From: Candidatus Bathyarchaeia archaeon
GTDB taxonomy: Archaea > Thermoproteota > Bathyarchaeia > Bathyarchaeales > Bathycorpusculaceae
Direction: 5' to 3'
Assembly: GCA_038882955.1 (NCBI GenBank)
Contig: JAVZNC010000002.1
Location: 64,001 to 128,000, forward strand
DNA: 64,000 nucleotides
A program made the position numbers and the translations under genes. The notes below the pieces were generated by a model. It saw only the letters and a list, made by a program, of their open reading frames with translations. It was not told where the DNA came from and made no database searches. Positions 9,470 to 19,902 of this stretch are shown piece after piece (position 1 is the stretch's first letter; every line of letters begins with the position of its first letter).

Positions 9470-9958
9470 GTGAAATTTGGTAGTAAAGAGGCGGTGTTGA
9501 CTGCGGTTTTCGCTGGGCTTTATGCTGCTTGTGTGGTTCTCCTTGCGCCTATAAGCTTTGGAGTTTACCAAGTTAGAGTTGCTGATGCTCTGCTGCCGTT
9601 GTCCATCATATTTGGGTTGCCGAGTGCCATAGGCTTAAGCCTTGGATGTTTAGTCGCGAATTTCTATGGCAGTTTAGGAATAATCGACATTGTTGGTGGA
9701 ACAATTGCAAACTTTGTAGCGTGTACGTTGGCTTGGTACGTTGGCAAAGGCGGATTTGTGCGAAGGTTATTTGGAAGTTTTGTTGAAACGCTGGCTATAA
9801 CGGTGATTGTTGGAGGCTACTTGTCGCTAATATTCAATGTTCCAGTTGAAATTGGCTTGCTCGGCATATTCATAGGCTCTGTCGTAGCGATAAATGTTCT
9901 TGGCTTTGCGTTGGAAGAGGGCTTATATCGAAGCGGCATATGGAAAGGTGTCAAGTAA
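9470..9958 (+). CDS. queT: QueT-family transporter (ECF S-component, preQ0/preQ1-type)
   Basis: AGLYAA...PISFGVYQVRVADAL..GCLVAN...DIVGGT pattern; GTG 9470 follows strong SD GGAGGTGG. Confidence 0.85.
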   Translation: MKFGSKEAVLTAVFAGLYAACVVLLAPISFGVYQVRVADALLPLSIIFGLPSAIGLSLGCLVANFYGSLGIIDIVGGTIANFVACTLAWYVGKGGFVRRLFGSFVETLAITVIVGGYLSLIFNVPVEIGLLGIFIGSVVAINVLGFALEEGLYRSGIWKGVK

Positions 9959-9973
9959 CATACGACAAAATCT

Positions 9974-12655
9974 TTACATGAAGCGTTCCAGTTTTGTCAG
10001 CCCTATTATTTCATCAAAGTCTAGACCCAATGCGTCCAGAACTTGGTCAAACGTTGAGTGGAGATACGCGATGTACTTGTCAACGTCTATTTCGTTGTTT
10101 GTCGCTAGCTCTACCGGTTTGACGTGTGGTTCTTTAACTACTTTGACGAAGCTTATGAGGTCTCCAGCTTTAAGCTCTAATCCTCCCTCTTTTAGGATTC
10201 TTGCCGCTTTGACGTGTTGTGGCGTTGTTTTTGTGTAGCGTTCTGGTTCTTCACCTAGCACTACATTGAAGGCTAGTTCTTCTAGGCTTGTCCATTCTCG
10301 TCTTTTTAGGCGCATGTAGCAGTCGCGGATTATTTCACATGTGTCTTTTTTGGCTTTTTCAAAGTCTGCTGGCGTTTTCACTGTGGCTAGGCGTTCCTTC
10401 ATTCTGTCAAAAGCCTTCTTGATGAACAGTGGTATGTGCCTTTTCTTGCCCGTTAATCCCTTAACGTCGACGCTTCCGTCCTCTAAAACTCCGAGATAAT
10501 TCTTTTTGCGTGAGCTGAAAACGATGTATCTGTAGATTTTGTCCACGTCCAAGCTCATTTTTAATTCGCTTTCAGCCCACTTGGACAGTTCTTCGATCTG
10601 CTCTTTTGACGGGTTTTTTAAGAATATGCTGTCCGTGTCGCCGTAAAGCACCTGGATGTTAAGTTCCTTGGCTTTGTTGATTATCTGTGTTATTGAGTGT
10701 CGCCCTATGGCTGCTGTTGCTTCAGCGACTGGTGGACAATAGAGGTCAAAGGTTTCGGCTCCGAAGACGCCGTAGCTTGCATTCAAAATAACCTTTAAGG
10801 CGCCTTGGATGGGATTGTACCAGCCTTTAAGCTCCTTTGAGAGGCTTTTGTCTTTTGACCTTGGTTTGTACCAGCGCACGCGCAGGTCCCTAAGTGAGCC
10901 TATTAGGAGGCTTTCTAATGCCCGTTTTTTGGTGCAAACCCAGTGTGGCGTGTCTGGGATTAGGTTGCTGCGACATTCTGGATGTTGGCATAAGATTGAT
11001 TGGTAGCCCAGGTTCCAAACTTTTATTATTGATGGGTATAGGCTTTGGAAGTCCAAGTCTGCCACGTTGAAGTGGACGCCTGGCACTGGTTCAACGACTA
11101 TTGCACCTTTGTATTTTTTGCCTTTGATTATGGCTTTTGTGGCGGTTTTGCCTTTCACGGCTAGGATTTCCTCTGCGTTTGGGATGAGCATGTTTCTTCT
11201 GCGGTGCTCTCTGTGTAGGAAATTCCTTATCCAACGTGAAACTCCTTGGCGGCTCACGTCTTCCATTGGCATGCTGCTTATCCTAGCCAAAACCAGGATG
11301 AGTTTCATTACTAGCTCGTCTTCGAAGCTTGTAAGTTTGAAGGTTATTTCCGCGTCTCTAAAGCAGTATTTTGCAAGTTCCGTGTAAGTTAATTCGCCTA
11401 AGTTCTTTTCTAGGCGTATTTTTTCCATGCCAATTAGGGCTTTGCCAACATCGTCGAGGGTTACGTCCCTATAACGGTTGTTGAAGGCGTAAATTTGGAT
11501 TGAACGATTGAAGAAGAACTTGTAAAGGTCTATGTGAACGCCATATTTTAGAAGGCAGACGCGCTTGCCAACATCTATTGGAATTTCGTCCCTTCTGAAA
11601 CCGAATTTTTCTGCTCTGTGCACCAAATAACGTAGGTCAAAATCATCCCCGTTAAAAGTTATGACGAAGGGATAATCCCACAAAACTTCAAAAATAGCTT
11701 TTATAAGCTTCTCTTCCGAGTCAAAATATTCTAGGTTTACGTCAGCGGGCAAATGTTCGGTTCCTTCTCGGACTCCCTCACGCTCCAAAAGCAACACTTT
11801 CATTAGCCCATCAGAACCGTAAAGTGAAGCGCACACGATTGGGTATTCTGCCTCGCGGGCATCTGGCATACGTGTTGGAATTGGTGAGTAAACTTCTATG
11901 TCCAACGCTACGCGGCGAAACTTGGGAGCGGGATACTCTAGAAGCCTCGCCCACTGTTCAATGTACTGTAACTCCTCTTCTGTTGCGCCTTCAAAGAGGC
12001 TCATTATCTGCTTTACAGTTTTTTCTGATTCATTCAAACTTTTCATGACAAGTTTGCCGTTTCTAATTTCGTAGAGCATTCCAGGCCACAAGTCATTGTC
12101 GTAAATGTATGACTGGTAATACTTTATTTTTGATTCCCAAACCTTGATTTGTTCTTGGGCTATTGGCGTGTCGGCCACTTTTGGGAAGTCTTCTGGGATT
12201 ATGTCTCTAATGCAGCCTTTTGGTCGTCCTCCAATCGCTAGGGGGTCTTTAGCCACAATCTTTGTTACTTTCACAGTCTTATTCAATAACGGGTCAAATT
12301 TTTCCACGATTTCAAAATGGTCGAAGCCTTGATGTTGCCTTAGGTGGTCTATTTTTTCGAGTTCTAATGGTGAAAGGTTTGTGAGGCAATAAGGCTTATG
12401 CCCGCTATTGTCGTACCAAAAGTAGATTTTGCCCGAGACTGGCTCGTAAAGTTTGATTAGGACTTTTCCAGCTTTTCCATCATACGTGGCTGAAACAAAG
12501 TATGATGATGGCAGGTTTTCTGGCGCCAACGGCGGGAATGTTCGTTTTTCTTTTTCCTTTTTTATGGTTTCTGTGAAGGGTAGGGCTTCTGCTTCTTTTT
12601 CTTTTAATGTTTCGGTTTTTGGTTTGTAGAAGTCTTCTAGACGTTTCTGCGCCAT
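9974..12655 (-). CDS. polB1: Family B DNA polymerase PolB1
   Basis: Exo motifs DIE and FNGDDFD, DFQSLYPS, KVILNASYG, YGDTDS; B1-type N-terminus; no intein. Confidence 0.95.
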   Translation of the reverse strand: MAQKRLEDFYKPKTETLKEKEAEALPFTETIKKEKEKRTFPPLAPENLPSSYFVSATYDGKAGKVLIKLYEPVSGKIYFWYDNSGHKPYCLTNLSPLELEKIDHLRQHQGFDHFEIVEKFDPLLNKTVKVTKIVAKDPLAIGGRPKGCIRDIIPEDFPKVADTPIAQEQIKVWESKIKYYQSYIYDNDLWPGMLYEIRNGKLVMKSLNESEKTVKQIMSLFEGATEEELQYIEQWARLLEYPAPKFRRVALDIEVYSPIPTRMPDAREAEYPIVCASLYGSDGLMKVLLLEREGVREGTEHLPADVNLEYFDSEEKLIKAIFEVLWDYPFVITFNGDDFDLRYLVHRAEKFGFRRDEIPIDVGKRVCLLKYGVHIDLYKFFFNRSIQIYAFNNRYRDVTLDDVGKALIGMEKIRLEKNLGELTYTELAKYCFRDAEITFKLTSFEDELVMKLILVLARISSMPMEDVSRQGVSRWIRNFLHREHRRRNMLIPNAEEILAVKGKTATKAIIKGKKYKGAIVVEPVPGVHFNVADLDFQSLYPSIIKVWNLGYQSILCQHPECRSNLIPDTPHWVCTKKRALESLLIGSLRDLRVRWYKPRSKDKSLSKELKGWYNPIQGALKVILNASYGVFGAETFDLYCPPVAEATAAIGRHSITQIINKAKELNIQVLYGDTDSIFLKNPSKEQIEELSKWAESELKMSLDVDKIYRYIVFSSRKKNYLGVLEDGSVDVKGLTGKKRHIPLFIKKAFDRMKERLATVKTPADFEKAKKDTCEIIRDCYMRLKRREWTSLEELAFNVVLGEEPERYTKTTPQHVKAARILKEGGLELKAGDLISFVKVVKEPHVKPVELATNNEIDVDKYIAYLHSTFDQVLDALGLDFDEIIGLTKLERFM

Positions 12656-12868
12656 TCAGTCCCTAACCCAACTAACCTTATGAGCACCATATCCTAAAAT
12701 CTCTTACTGAAAATGTTTCTTTGACGACTTTTGTAGTCCTTGACTGTTAGGGGTCTGTTTTTGGCTTTGAAACTAACCAATAGGTGTCTACCCCCTCTAG
12801 TTTTCTGGTGCGTTGCGCCTTTAATCTTATTTATTTCTCACGCATTTGTTATGAATTTGTGAATAGAG

Positions 12869-14221
12869 TTGCTTAAGGAAGCTTGGACGCTTGCCATTGA
12901 AAGCCTAAGTTGGATGGAAATGCAAAAGTTAAGCGAGCGACTAGCATTGGCTAAAACTGTTAGGCAGTTGGGCATTGACGACGCGGATGCAGTGCGGTTT
13001 GCGCACATGCTTGTTTGCGAAACCGTTAGGCGTCGAAACTTCATAGACACTTTCATAAACAATGTTTTGAAGCCAAAAACCATCGGCGAATTTGACTTGG
13101 GCGTTCAAGCCTTTTTGAGACTTTACGTTTACCAAACGCGCATAGCCAGAAACTGGCTGAAAATTGATGTTAAGGAAGCTGAAAACATAGCGAAAATTGT
13201 CCGTGCGATTCTCGGATGGAAAAGCCTTAAAGAAGTTGAGCCTTTTTTGGGCGCTTTGCTTACTCAAAATCCTAGGAGCGTGCTTGATGGTTTAGGCGAC
13301 GAGGAAAAGATTGCGCTTTTAACGTTTCACCCAACATGGTTTGTCAAGTACTGTTTCAGGCTTTTTGGGCGTGTTGAAGCCATAAAAATTTTAGAGGCAA
13401 ACTTGCAGTCTCCGCCAACATACATTAGGTTGAACACGCTGAAGACTGACGAAGAAACAATTTTGGACGAACTTGAAAAGGAAGGCGTGAAGGTTGAAAA
13501 GGTCAAAGAGCTAAAGTATGCCTACAAGGTTTTAGCCGCTCAAAAGCCGTTAACGCGCATAGAGAGTTTCCAAAAAGGCTTGTTCTATATACAGGATAAG
13601 GCGAGTTGTTTTGCTGCTGAAGCGTCAAATCCCCAGCCCGACATGGTTGTTCTCGATGTCTGCGCTGCTCCTGGAGCAAAAACCACGTATTTGGCGCAGT
13701 TGATGCAGAACCGCGGCGCAATATACTCAATCGACTATTCAAAGCGTAGAATTGGCGTATGGAAAAGCGAAATTACCCGTATGAGCGTAAATATAGCCAT
13801 TCCAATAATTGCTGATGCATGCAACCATTTACCCGTCAAACTGGAAGCGGACATCGTCATTTTAGACCCGCCGTGCACGAGCACGGGCGCATTTGGAAAG
13901 CTACCCTCAGCCAGGTGGAGGCTTACAAGGCGTTCTGTTGATAAGATGGCTGAAATTCAGTGGCAGATGCTTTGCAGTTGCGCAGACAAGGTGAAGAATG
14001 GCGGCAGGCTTGTTTATTCTACTTGCAGCATAACAACTGAAGAAAACGAGATGCTTATTGAGCGTTTCTTGAAGTGGCATCCAGAATTTTCCTTGGTTGA
14101 CATAGCGCCAAAAATGGGTTTGCCTGGATTAAGAGAATTAGAAAAGTGTAGGCGACTTTATCCGCACATACATTCTTGTAATGGGTTTTTCATTGCACAA
14201 ATGTTAAAGAGCAAAAGTTAG
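12869..14221 (+). CDS. RsmB/NOP2-family RNA m5C methyltransferase with NusB-like N-domain
   Basis: DVCAAPGAKT, DPPCTSTG, YSTCS motifs. Confidence 0.9.
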   Translation: MLKEAWTLAIESLSWMEMQKLSERLALAKTVRQLGIDDADAVRFAHMLVCETVRRRNFIDTFINNVLKPKTIGEFDLGVQAFLRLYVYQTRIARNWLKIDVKEAENIAKIVRAILGWKSLKEVEPFLGALLTQNPRSVLDGLGDEEKIALLTFHPTWFVKYCFRLFGRVEAIKILEANLQSPPTYIRLNTLKTDEETILDELEKEGVKVEKVKELKYAYKVLAAQKPLTRIESFQKGLFYIQDKASCFAAEASNPQPDMVVLDVCAAPGAKTTYLAQLMQNRGAIYSIDYSKRRIGVWKSEITRMSVNIAIPIIADACNHLPVKLEADIVILDPPCTSTGAFGKLPSARWRLTRRSVDKMAEIQWQMLCSCADKVKNGGRLVYSTCSITTEENEMLIERFLKWHPEFSLVDIAPKMGLPGLRELEKCRRLYPHIHSCNGFFIAQMLKSKS

Positions 14222-14234
14222 ATGAAGAGTGAAA

Positions 14235-15137
14235 TTAAGCCTTTTTTCGAGATTTCTCCAAATAACAGAGCACCTCAAAAATTACTTTTGCTGCTTGTAC
14301 TGCTGAAACTCCTTGGTCATAGTTTGGCGCAACTTCTACAACGTCAAAGCCGATAATCCTTTTGTCGCAGATGCTTTCAAGGATGTCAAATAGCGTGTGC
14401 GTTTCAATTCCATCTGGTTCTGGGTTCTGCACTGCTGGAGCATAAGCGGGGTCCAGTACGTCCATGTCAACTGATAGGTAGATGCTTTTGTATGCTGCAA
14501 GTTTCTCCCTCAATTTTTCGGCAATTCCTTTGCTCCCTTCCTTCCGTATTTGCCGTGTCGTGAAAAATTCTATTTTTGCCTTTTTCGCATAGGCTAGTTC
14601 CTCTTTGCAGACTGCTCTTGTGCCAACTTCAAAAATCTTCGCTTGCTTTAACTCCTCATTTATTCTTCGCATGAAAGTTGTATGCGAAAGTTTCAAATCC
14701 ATAAACTCATTTCGCAAATCAAGATGCGCATCAAAACTTACAAGCGCTGTCTTTTGCGCTTTGCTTCTTAAACCAGCCACAACGCCAAAAGTTATTGTGT
14801 GTTCTCCGCCAATTGCCACTGGAATTTTTTCAGCATCAAAAATTTCTGCAGCAACATCCGCGGTTCTTTTAAGCGTTTCTTTTATGTTTGCAGAGACATG
14901 CAAGTCTCCCAAATCATATATTTTCAAGTCTTCAATGTCAACTCCAGTGCGAAAGCTGTAAGTTTCAATGTTTAGTGATGCTTGCCTGATGGCTGTTGGT
15001 CCAAACCTTGCTCCAGTGCGGTATGTGCTCGTTACGTCGAATGGAACTCCAAAAACCACATAGTCAGCCTCTTCGAAACTCTTCTGGAAGCCGCTGAAAA
15101 TGTTTGGTTGCGAAGTAAAAAGTTCGCGTTTACCCAT
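14235..15137 (-). CDS. speB: Agmatinase
   Basis: GGEHTIT, DAHLD, DMDVLDP, APAV motifs. Start moved to ATG 15137; the longer ORF overlaps the divergent gene. Confidence 0.9.
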   Translation of the reverse strand: MGKRELFTSQPNIFSGFQKSFEEADYVVFGVPFDVTSTYRTGARFGPTAIRQASLNIETYSFRTGVDIEDLKIYDLGDLHVSANIKETLKRTADVAAEIFDAEKIPVAIGGEHTITFGVVAGLRSKAQKTALVSFDAHLDLRNEFMDLKLSHTTFMRRINEELKQAKIFEVGTRAVCKEELAYAKKAKIEFFTTRQIRKEGSKGIAEKLREKLAAYKSIYLSVDMDVLDPAYAPAVQNPEPDGIETHTLFDILESICDKRIIGFDVVEVAPNYDQGVSAVQAAKVIFEVLCYLEKSRKKA

Positions 15138-15291
15138 ATCTTTTCTCCTTTTTGGAGTGACATATTCTATTGCGTCTGTTTCTAAATTTTTCGTTTTATA
15201 AGCCGGCATATGCGATGCAGCGGGCTTTAAGACATTAAATTTATTAATGTTGCCGTTAAATGCATTAGAAGTTAAAAGGAGCGAACAGAAA

Positions 15292-15648
15292 TTGTCAATT
15301 AAATCTAAACTCAAAATTGAAAGCACTGGAATGCTTCTAGCTTCCGTGTTCTACCTTGTTGCTGGCGCTTTGTGTTTCTACTTCTTGGCTGAAAACCTAA
15401 GCTTAATTCACATCGGCATAATCGGGATTCTCAGCGTAATAACCGCCTATGGAGTTTTCAGCAAGCGCTTTTGGGCTTTTTGGACAGCAATCATACTTTT
15501 CTTTATGGTCACAATGTTTTCCGCTGTTATGCTCTACTACTTTCTTGGAACAGACATAATCCTCGACATAAGCTTCGCGGCATACTTAATACTCACATGG
15601 ATTTCCACGGCATATTTAGCCTCTAAAAGGAAAAACCTTGCAAGCTAA
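15292..15648 (+). CDS. Four-TM membrane protein of unknown function
   Basis: Four hydrophobic segments; AGGAG upstream of TTG 15292. Confidence 0.7.
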   Translation: MSIKSKLKIESTGMLLASVFYLVAGALCFYFLAENLSLIHIGIIGILSVITAYGVFSKRFWAFWTAIILFFMVTMFSAVMLYYFLGTDIILDISFAAYLILTWISTAYLASKRKNLAS

Positions 15649-16873
15649 ACAATCTAACAACGACTTCTTCCCCTTCCTCCACAAATTGCTGGTTTTCCAC
15701 AATTTCAATGAAACCGTCAGCCCTTGCAAGAGTTGTTATCGCCCCAGAAAGCCCAAACTGAACCGGCTCGGCTAGGAGACGATTCTTTTCATCGCGAACA
15801 AGCCTAACCATAACGAAGGTTCGCCTACCCTTAGCTGGAAAAATCCGCGTTGCTGAAAAAGCCTTAATCGTCAAGCCTTCTGTGACGCTTCTTCCAGTCA
15901 TGCTCAGGATTATTGGACGAACAAGAAGGTGGAAAATCAGCAATGCGGATGTTGGGTGTCCTGGAAGCGAAAAAACTGGTTTACTATTAACCACGGCTAC
16001 GGTTGTCGGCTTTCCAGGTTTTGTGGCAATTCCGCAGATTATAACGCCTGGTTTTCCAAGCGAATCTAGAATTTTGGGAATGATATCCTTTGGACCCACA
16101 GAAACCCCGCCTGAAGTTATTACGATGTCTGCTGATTCCAAAGCCTTTTCAAGCGCTTTTTGCAGCGTTTCCTTATCATCGGGGAATACTCCCATGTAAA
16201 CTGGTTTTCCACCGCTTTCCAAAACTGCTGCGCTTATGCTGTAAGCGTTTATGTCATAAATTTTTCCAGGAAGAAGCCTCTTGTCTGGTTCTGTTATTTC
16301 AGCGCCTGTTGACAAAACTGCCACTCTAGGGCCAATGTAAACTTTCACTTTCGCCGTTCCTAAGGCGGCTAAAACGCCTATCTCCCTCGAACCCAAAAGT
16401 TCTCCAGCCTTTAGAACAGTTTCGCCTCTTCTTATGTCTGCACCAGCCTTCATGACGTTTTCATCCTTCGCCACCGCGCTGTAAACATAGAGTGCATTAT
16501 TTTTCCGCTCCGTCTGTTCTACCGGAACAACAGCGTCTGCCCCTTCAGGCATGGGCGCTCCAGTCATGATTTCAGCCGCCATGCCCTTTCTAACTTTCAT
16601 TTTTGGTTTTTCTCCAACGTTCACTGTTCCGCAAATTTCCAACGTGACGGGTTTGTTTTCTTCTGCGCCAAACGTGTCCTGCGCCCTTACGGCGTATCCG
16701 TCGACTGTTGAACGGTTGAATGGCGGAATATCCAGGTTTGCGGTTACGTTTTCCGCAAGAACGCGGTTGTAGGCTTCTATGAGCGGAACTTCCTCAGCGC
16801 CCAATGGTTTTGGCTTAAAGTATTCTTTAATTTTTTGTTGGGTTTCCTCGAAAGTTAAAAGTCTCCTAAACAT
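15623..16873 (-). CDS. moeA: Molybdopterin molybdenumtransferase MoeA (copy 2)
   Basis: STVDGYAV, MTGAPMPEGADAV, SGGVSVG, KPGKP, LPGHP. Confidence 0.93.
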   Translation of the reverse strand: MFRRLLTFEETQQKIKEYFKPKPLGAEEVPLIEAYNRVLAENVTANLDIPPFNRSTVDGYAVRAQDTFGAEENKPVTLEICGTVNVGEKPKMKVRKGMAAEIMTGAPMPEGADAVVPVEQTERKNNALYVYSAVAKDENVMKAGADIRRGETVLKAGELLGSREIGVLAALGTAKVKVYIGPRVAVLSTGAEITEPDKRLLPGKIYDINAYSISAAVLESGGKPVYMGVFPDDKETLQKALEKALESADIVITSGGVSVGPKDIIPKILDSLGKPGVIICGIATKPGKPTTVAVVNSKPVFSLPGHPTSALLIFHLLVRPIILSMTGRSVTEGLTIKAFSATRIFPAKGRRTFVMVRLVRDEKNRLLAEPVQFGLSGAITTLARADGFIEIVENQQFVEEGEEVVVRLFSLQGFSF

Positions 16874-18125
16874 GCGTTTCTCCCTCTACAGCCTCAAACA
16901 AGTGAACAATGACTGTTTCGCCTTCATCCAAGCCTTCAATGTTTTCTGGTGCAACAACGTAGCCGTTAGCCCTAGTCATTGTTGAAATTATGCCAGAACC
17001 GCGGGCGCTTATCGGCTCAGCGAGATACTCTTCTCCGCTTTTGAACACGCGAACTCTAACAAACGTTTTGCGTCCCAACGCTGTTGTTACACGCTTTGTC
17101 ATCTTCGCCTTAACCACTGGTCTAGGCTCTTCTTTTTCTAGTCCCATGAGTGCGTTTATCACTGGCTTTGCAAAAACTTCGAATCCAATCATGGCGGCGA
17201 CCGGATTGCCTGAAAGAATCATTATTGGCTTTTCGTTTACTACTGCTAGGGCTGTCGGCATGGCTGGGCGCATTGCTATTCCGTGAACTATTACGCCTGG
17301 CTTTCCAAGTTTGTTAACGGCTTCTGGGACAAGGTCTGAAACTCCAACGCTCGTGCCTCCAGTAGTTATTACCATATCAGCAGCCTCTAGACCCCTCTTC
17401 AGTTTAGCCGTTATCTCGCCCACGTCGTCTTTCGCTATGCCCAAGTCAACTGGTTCAGCCTCTAACTCGCGACACAACGCTGAAAGGACAAGCCTATTAA
17501 CTTCATAAATTTGGTCTTTTCTTGGTTTTGCTCCTACTTCAATAAGCTCATTTCCAGTTGCAAGAATAGCCACTTTTGGCTTTTCAAAAACCTTGACCTC
17601 GGCTTTTCCCAAAGCCGCCATTAACCCCAAATGTTGAGGTTTAAGGCGAGTCCCAGCCTTTATGGCGACTGTCCCCTTCTGAATGTCTTCGCCCCTTTTT
17701 GAGACATTTTCGCCCGGCGTAACTGAAACCAACACTTCTAGTTCTTCGCCAATTTTCTTTGTATTTTCAAGCATGACAACGGCATCCGCCCCCTTCGGAA
17801 GCACGTTGCCAGTCCAAACCTGCTTTACTTCGCCGCTTCCAATGTCTTCGTTAATGGTTACCCTGAACTTTTTTGGTTTAAACTGTGATACGCCAATTGT
17901 TTCTTCGGCTTTGATGGCGTATCCGTCAACAGCGGAGCGGTCAAACCTTGGTAAATTTTCATCAGCAATAATGTCTTCTGCCAGAACGCGGTTGAGCGCT
18001 TGGCTGAGTTTGACCTTTACAGTTTTCGGCGTTTTAATTCGTAGTTTGCTGAAGAATGATTTTTTCGCCTCTTCTATTGCTGTGAGTTTTTGGAATCCTT
18101 TAAGTCGCGCCAAAACGTGCACCAC
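16866..18125 (-). CDS. moeA: Molybdopterin molybdenumtransferase MoeA (copy 1)
   Basis: SAVDGYAI, PKGADAVVMLE, TGGTSVG, LSGNP. Confidence 0.93.
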   Translation of the reverse strand: MVHVLARLKGFQKLTAIEEAKKSFFSKLRIKTPKTVKVKLSQALNRVLAEDIIADENLPRFDRSAVDGYAIKAEETIGVSQFKPKKFRVTINEDIGSGEVKQVWTGNVLPKGADAVVMLENTKKIGEELEVLVSVTPGENVSKRGEDIQKGTVAIKAGTRLKPQHLGLMAALGKAEVKVFEKPKVAILATGNELIEVGAKPRKDQIYEVNRLVLSALCRELEAEPVDLGIAKDDVGEITAKLKRGLEAADMVITTGGTSVGVSDLVPEAVNKLGKPGVIVHGIAMRPAMPTALAVVNEKPIMILSGNPVAAMIGFEVFAKPVINALMGLEKEEPRPVVKAKMTKRVTTALGRKTFVRVRVFKSGEEYLAEPISARGSGIISTMTRANGYVVAPENIEGLDEGETVIVHLFEAVEGETHV

Positions 18126-18173
18126 AACAGAACAGCACTACATAAAGCATACAAAAGCGTATCGCATTAAACG

Positions 18174-19037
18174 TTATCGTTTAATCTCCCTTTTGAGTAT
18201 GTCGCGCATCTTTATGGCGTCTAAATCCAGAATTGGGCTTTCGCTTATTACAACTGGTTTTAGGTCAAATTCTACAATGACCTTTGCAAGCATCGCGAAG
18301 TCTGGTCCGTAACCCTCCTCTTCCAACGTGTGATGGCACTTTTCGCCTTTTTCCGTAAACTCCACCTTCGTAAAGTGGCAATGCATGTTCTTTATGGCTT
18401 CTTTTCCAAGCCTATCCTCAACTGTTTCAATTACCCTGCGAAAGTCATCAACAGTTTTGAAGCGCCCATTTTCCCTAGCGTGCAGATGCGCCCAGTCAAT
18501 CACGGGTTGCGTTTGCTCCACTTCCTCACATAGGCTTAGGATTTCTTCTAGGCTTCCAAACTGGGACGGTTTTCCCATTGTTTCTGGACCGATTTTAACG
18601 TTTTTTATGTTTAATGCTTTCATTGACTCAACAACTTCCTTTAATGCTTCAAAGCAGTTTTTGAAAACCTCTGTTCGCGACGTTTTTCCGTAGAATCCTG
18701 GATGAAAAACAACCGTGTGAGCTTTCATCCATTCTGCTGCTGTTGCACATGCTATCAGGCGCTGTTTACTTGCATCTATAACCTCCTTTCCGCCGCAGAA
18801 GTTTATGAAGTACGAACCGTGCAAGCTAAGCCAAACATCACTTTCAGAAGCCTTTAAACCAAGCTTTTCGGCTTCTCCCCTTCTCATTTGAGGTTTTGTG
18901 CCCCATCTCACCGCCTGATACTCAAAGGCGTCAAGACCTTCATCCCTTAAAAGTTTCGGGACGTCTTCCAGTTTTGCTTTCAACATGCGAAAGGTTGGAG
19001 GCACGCCAGCGGGGCCGAACCTTGGGCGGTCAGCCAT
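18174..19037 (-). CDS. nfo: Endonuclease IV (AP endonuclease 2)
   Basis: HGSYFIN, HPG, ETMGK, DWAHLHAR, HCHF metal ligands. Confidence 0.88.
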   Translation of the reverse strand: MADRPRFGPAGVPPTFRMLKAKLEDVPKLLRDEGLDAFEYQAVRWGTKPQMRRGEAEKLGLKASESDVWLSLHGSYFINFCGGKEVIDASKQRLIACATAAEWMKAHTVVFHPGFYGKTSRTEVFKNCFEALKEVVESMKALNIKNVKIGPETMGKPSQFGSLEEILSLCEEVEQTQPVIDWAHLHARENGRFKTVDDFRRVIETVEDRLGKEAIKNMHCHFTKVEFTEKGEKCHHTLEEEGYGPDFAMLAKVIVEFDLKPVVISESPILDLDAIKMRDILKREIKR

Positions 19038-19049
19038 TAAAATCCCTTT

Positions 19050-19841
19050 TTAGCCTTTCCTTCTTATTCTGTATCTCCGACCTTTGCGTATGTATTCTCC
19101 GTAGGTTAGAGCTAATAGGGCTGAAATCCAAGCTGCAGCGTTTTGGATTGCTAAATATTTTCCAGCCGCGTCTGAGCCAACTAATGGGCTGATGATTGTT
19201 CCTAGAGTTAGAATAAAATTTCTAAATGTGGGTGCAAGGGAAATAAGGGCGTTGCCTACAGCTGAGAATAGCCAGAAAATTGGCGCCAAGGCTTCTGTTG
19301 TGCCCTTAACAAAATTCAAAAGGGCGGTATTATTTCGGTAAGTGTTTGCTACAGCTTCGTAGATTATTCTTGGGTATGCTAAAAGGGAAACTGTGAAGGC
19401 AAAAACTATGAACAATAAAAGAATTGTTAAGGCGCTTTTTATTGTGGCATTCGCCATCTTCTGTTGAAGGCTAACAAAAACTTTTACTCCGAATATTTTC
19501 GCCTTTAACCCGCTGAAGAACGAAGCTTTGGGTTTTCCCTTCTTGGCGGTAATCGCCTTCTTTTTCAATGGTTCCTGTTGTTTTGTTGCCATACACCTTG
19601 TTAGGTAAGTCCAGCTGAACGCGAGTGTGATGACAACTGCTGCTGGGATTAAATGGAACAGTGGACTTATTACGCCGAATATTCGACTATCGGGATTTTC
19701 CGTTAAACCTAACCCCAGCGCGTACAAAATAATTACGCTTTCAACCAAAACTGCCAGAATCAAGAAGGCAAGTATTGACGCTATTCCCTTTAGCGATGCC
19801 CAGCGGACAAGCGATGGTTTTTGAGGTTTTTGCGTTGCCAA
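19050..19841 (-). CDS. Multi-pass membrane protein of unknown function
   Basis: Several TM segments with a Lys-rich cytoplasmic loop; co-oriented with nfo. Confidence 0.75.
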   Translation of the reverse strand: MATQKPQKPSLVRWASLKGIASILAFLILAVLVESVIILYALGLGLTENPDSRIFGVISPLFHLIPAAVVITLAFSWTYLTRCMATKQQEPLKKKAITAKKGKPKASFFSGLKAKIFGVKVFVSLQQKMANATIKSALTILLLFIVFAFTVSLLAYPRIIYEAVANTYRNNTALLNFVKGTTEALAPIFWLFSAVGNALISLAPTFRNFILTLGTIISPLVGSDAAGKYLAIQNAAAWISALLALTYGEYIRKGRRYRIRRKG

Positions 19842-19902
19842 CGAATCACCGTTTATAGTTCATTTGAATATATCTGTTCACATTAAAAAACGTGACTGTC
19901 CC

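Noticed and set aside
9974-12655. Possible inteins or inactivation in polB1 (also checked in topA and smc)
   Set aside because: Lengths are normal and catalytic motifs are intact.
12748-12799. TAGGGGTCT/TAGGTGTCT repeats and ACCCCCT between polB1 and rsmB (possible ORB or MITE)
   Set aside because: Too short and imperfect, no ORB consensus, no cdc6 nearby, and no second copy in the window.
15138-15326. N-terminal extension of agmatinase in the ORF track
   Set aside because: Overlaps the divergent gene and its promoter; family homology begins at ATG 15137.
15623-18125. Tandem moeA duplication
   Set aside because: Paired moeA paralogues are normal in archaea.
17683-18312. 209-aa plus-strand ORF
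   Set aside because: Antisense shadow of moeA/nfo.
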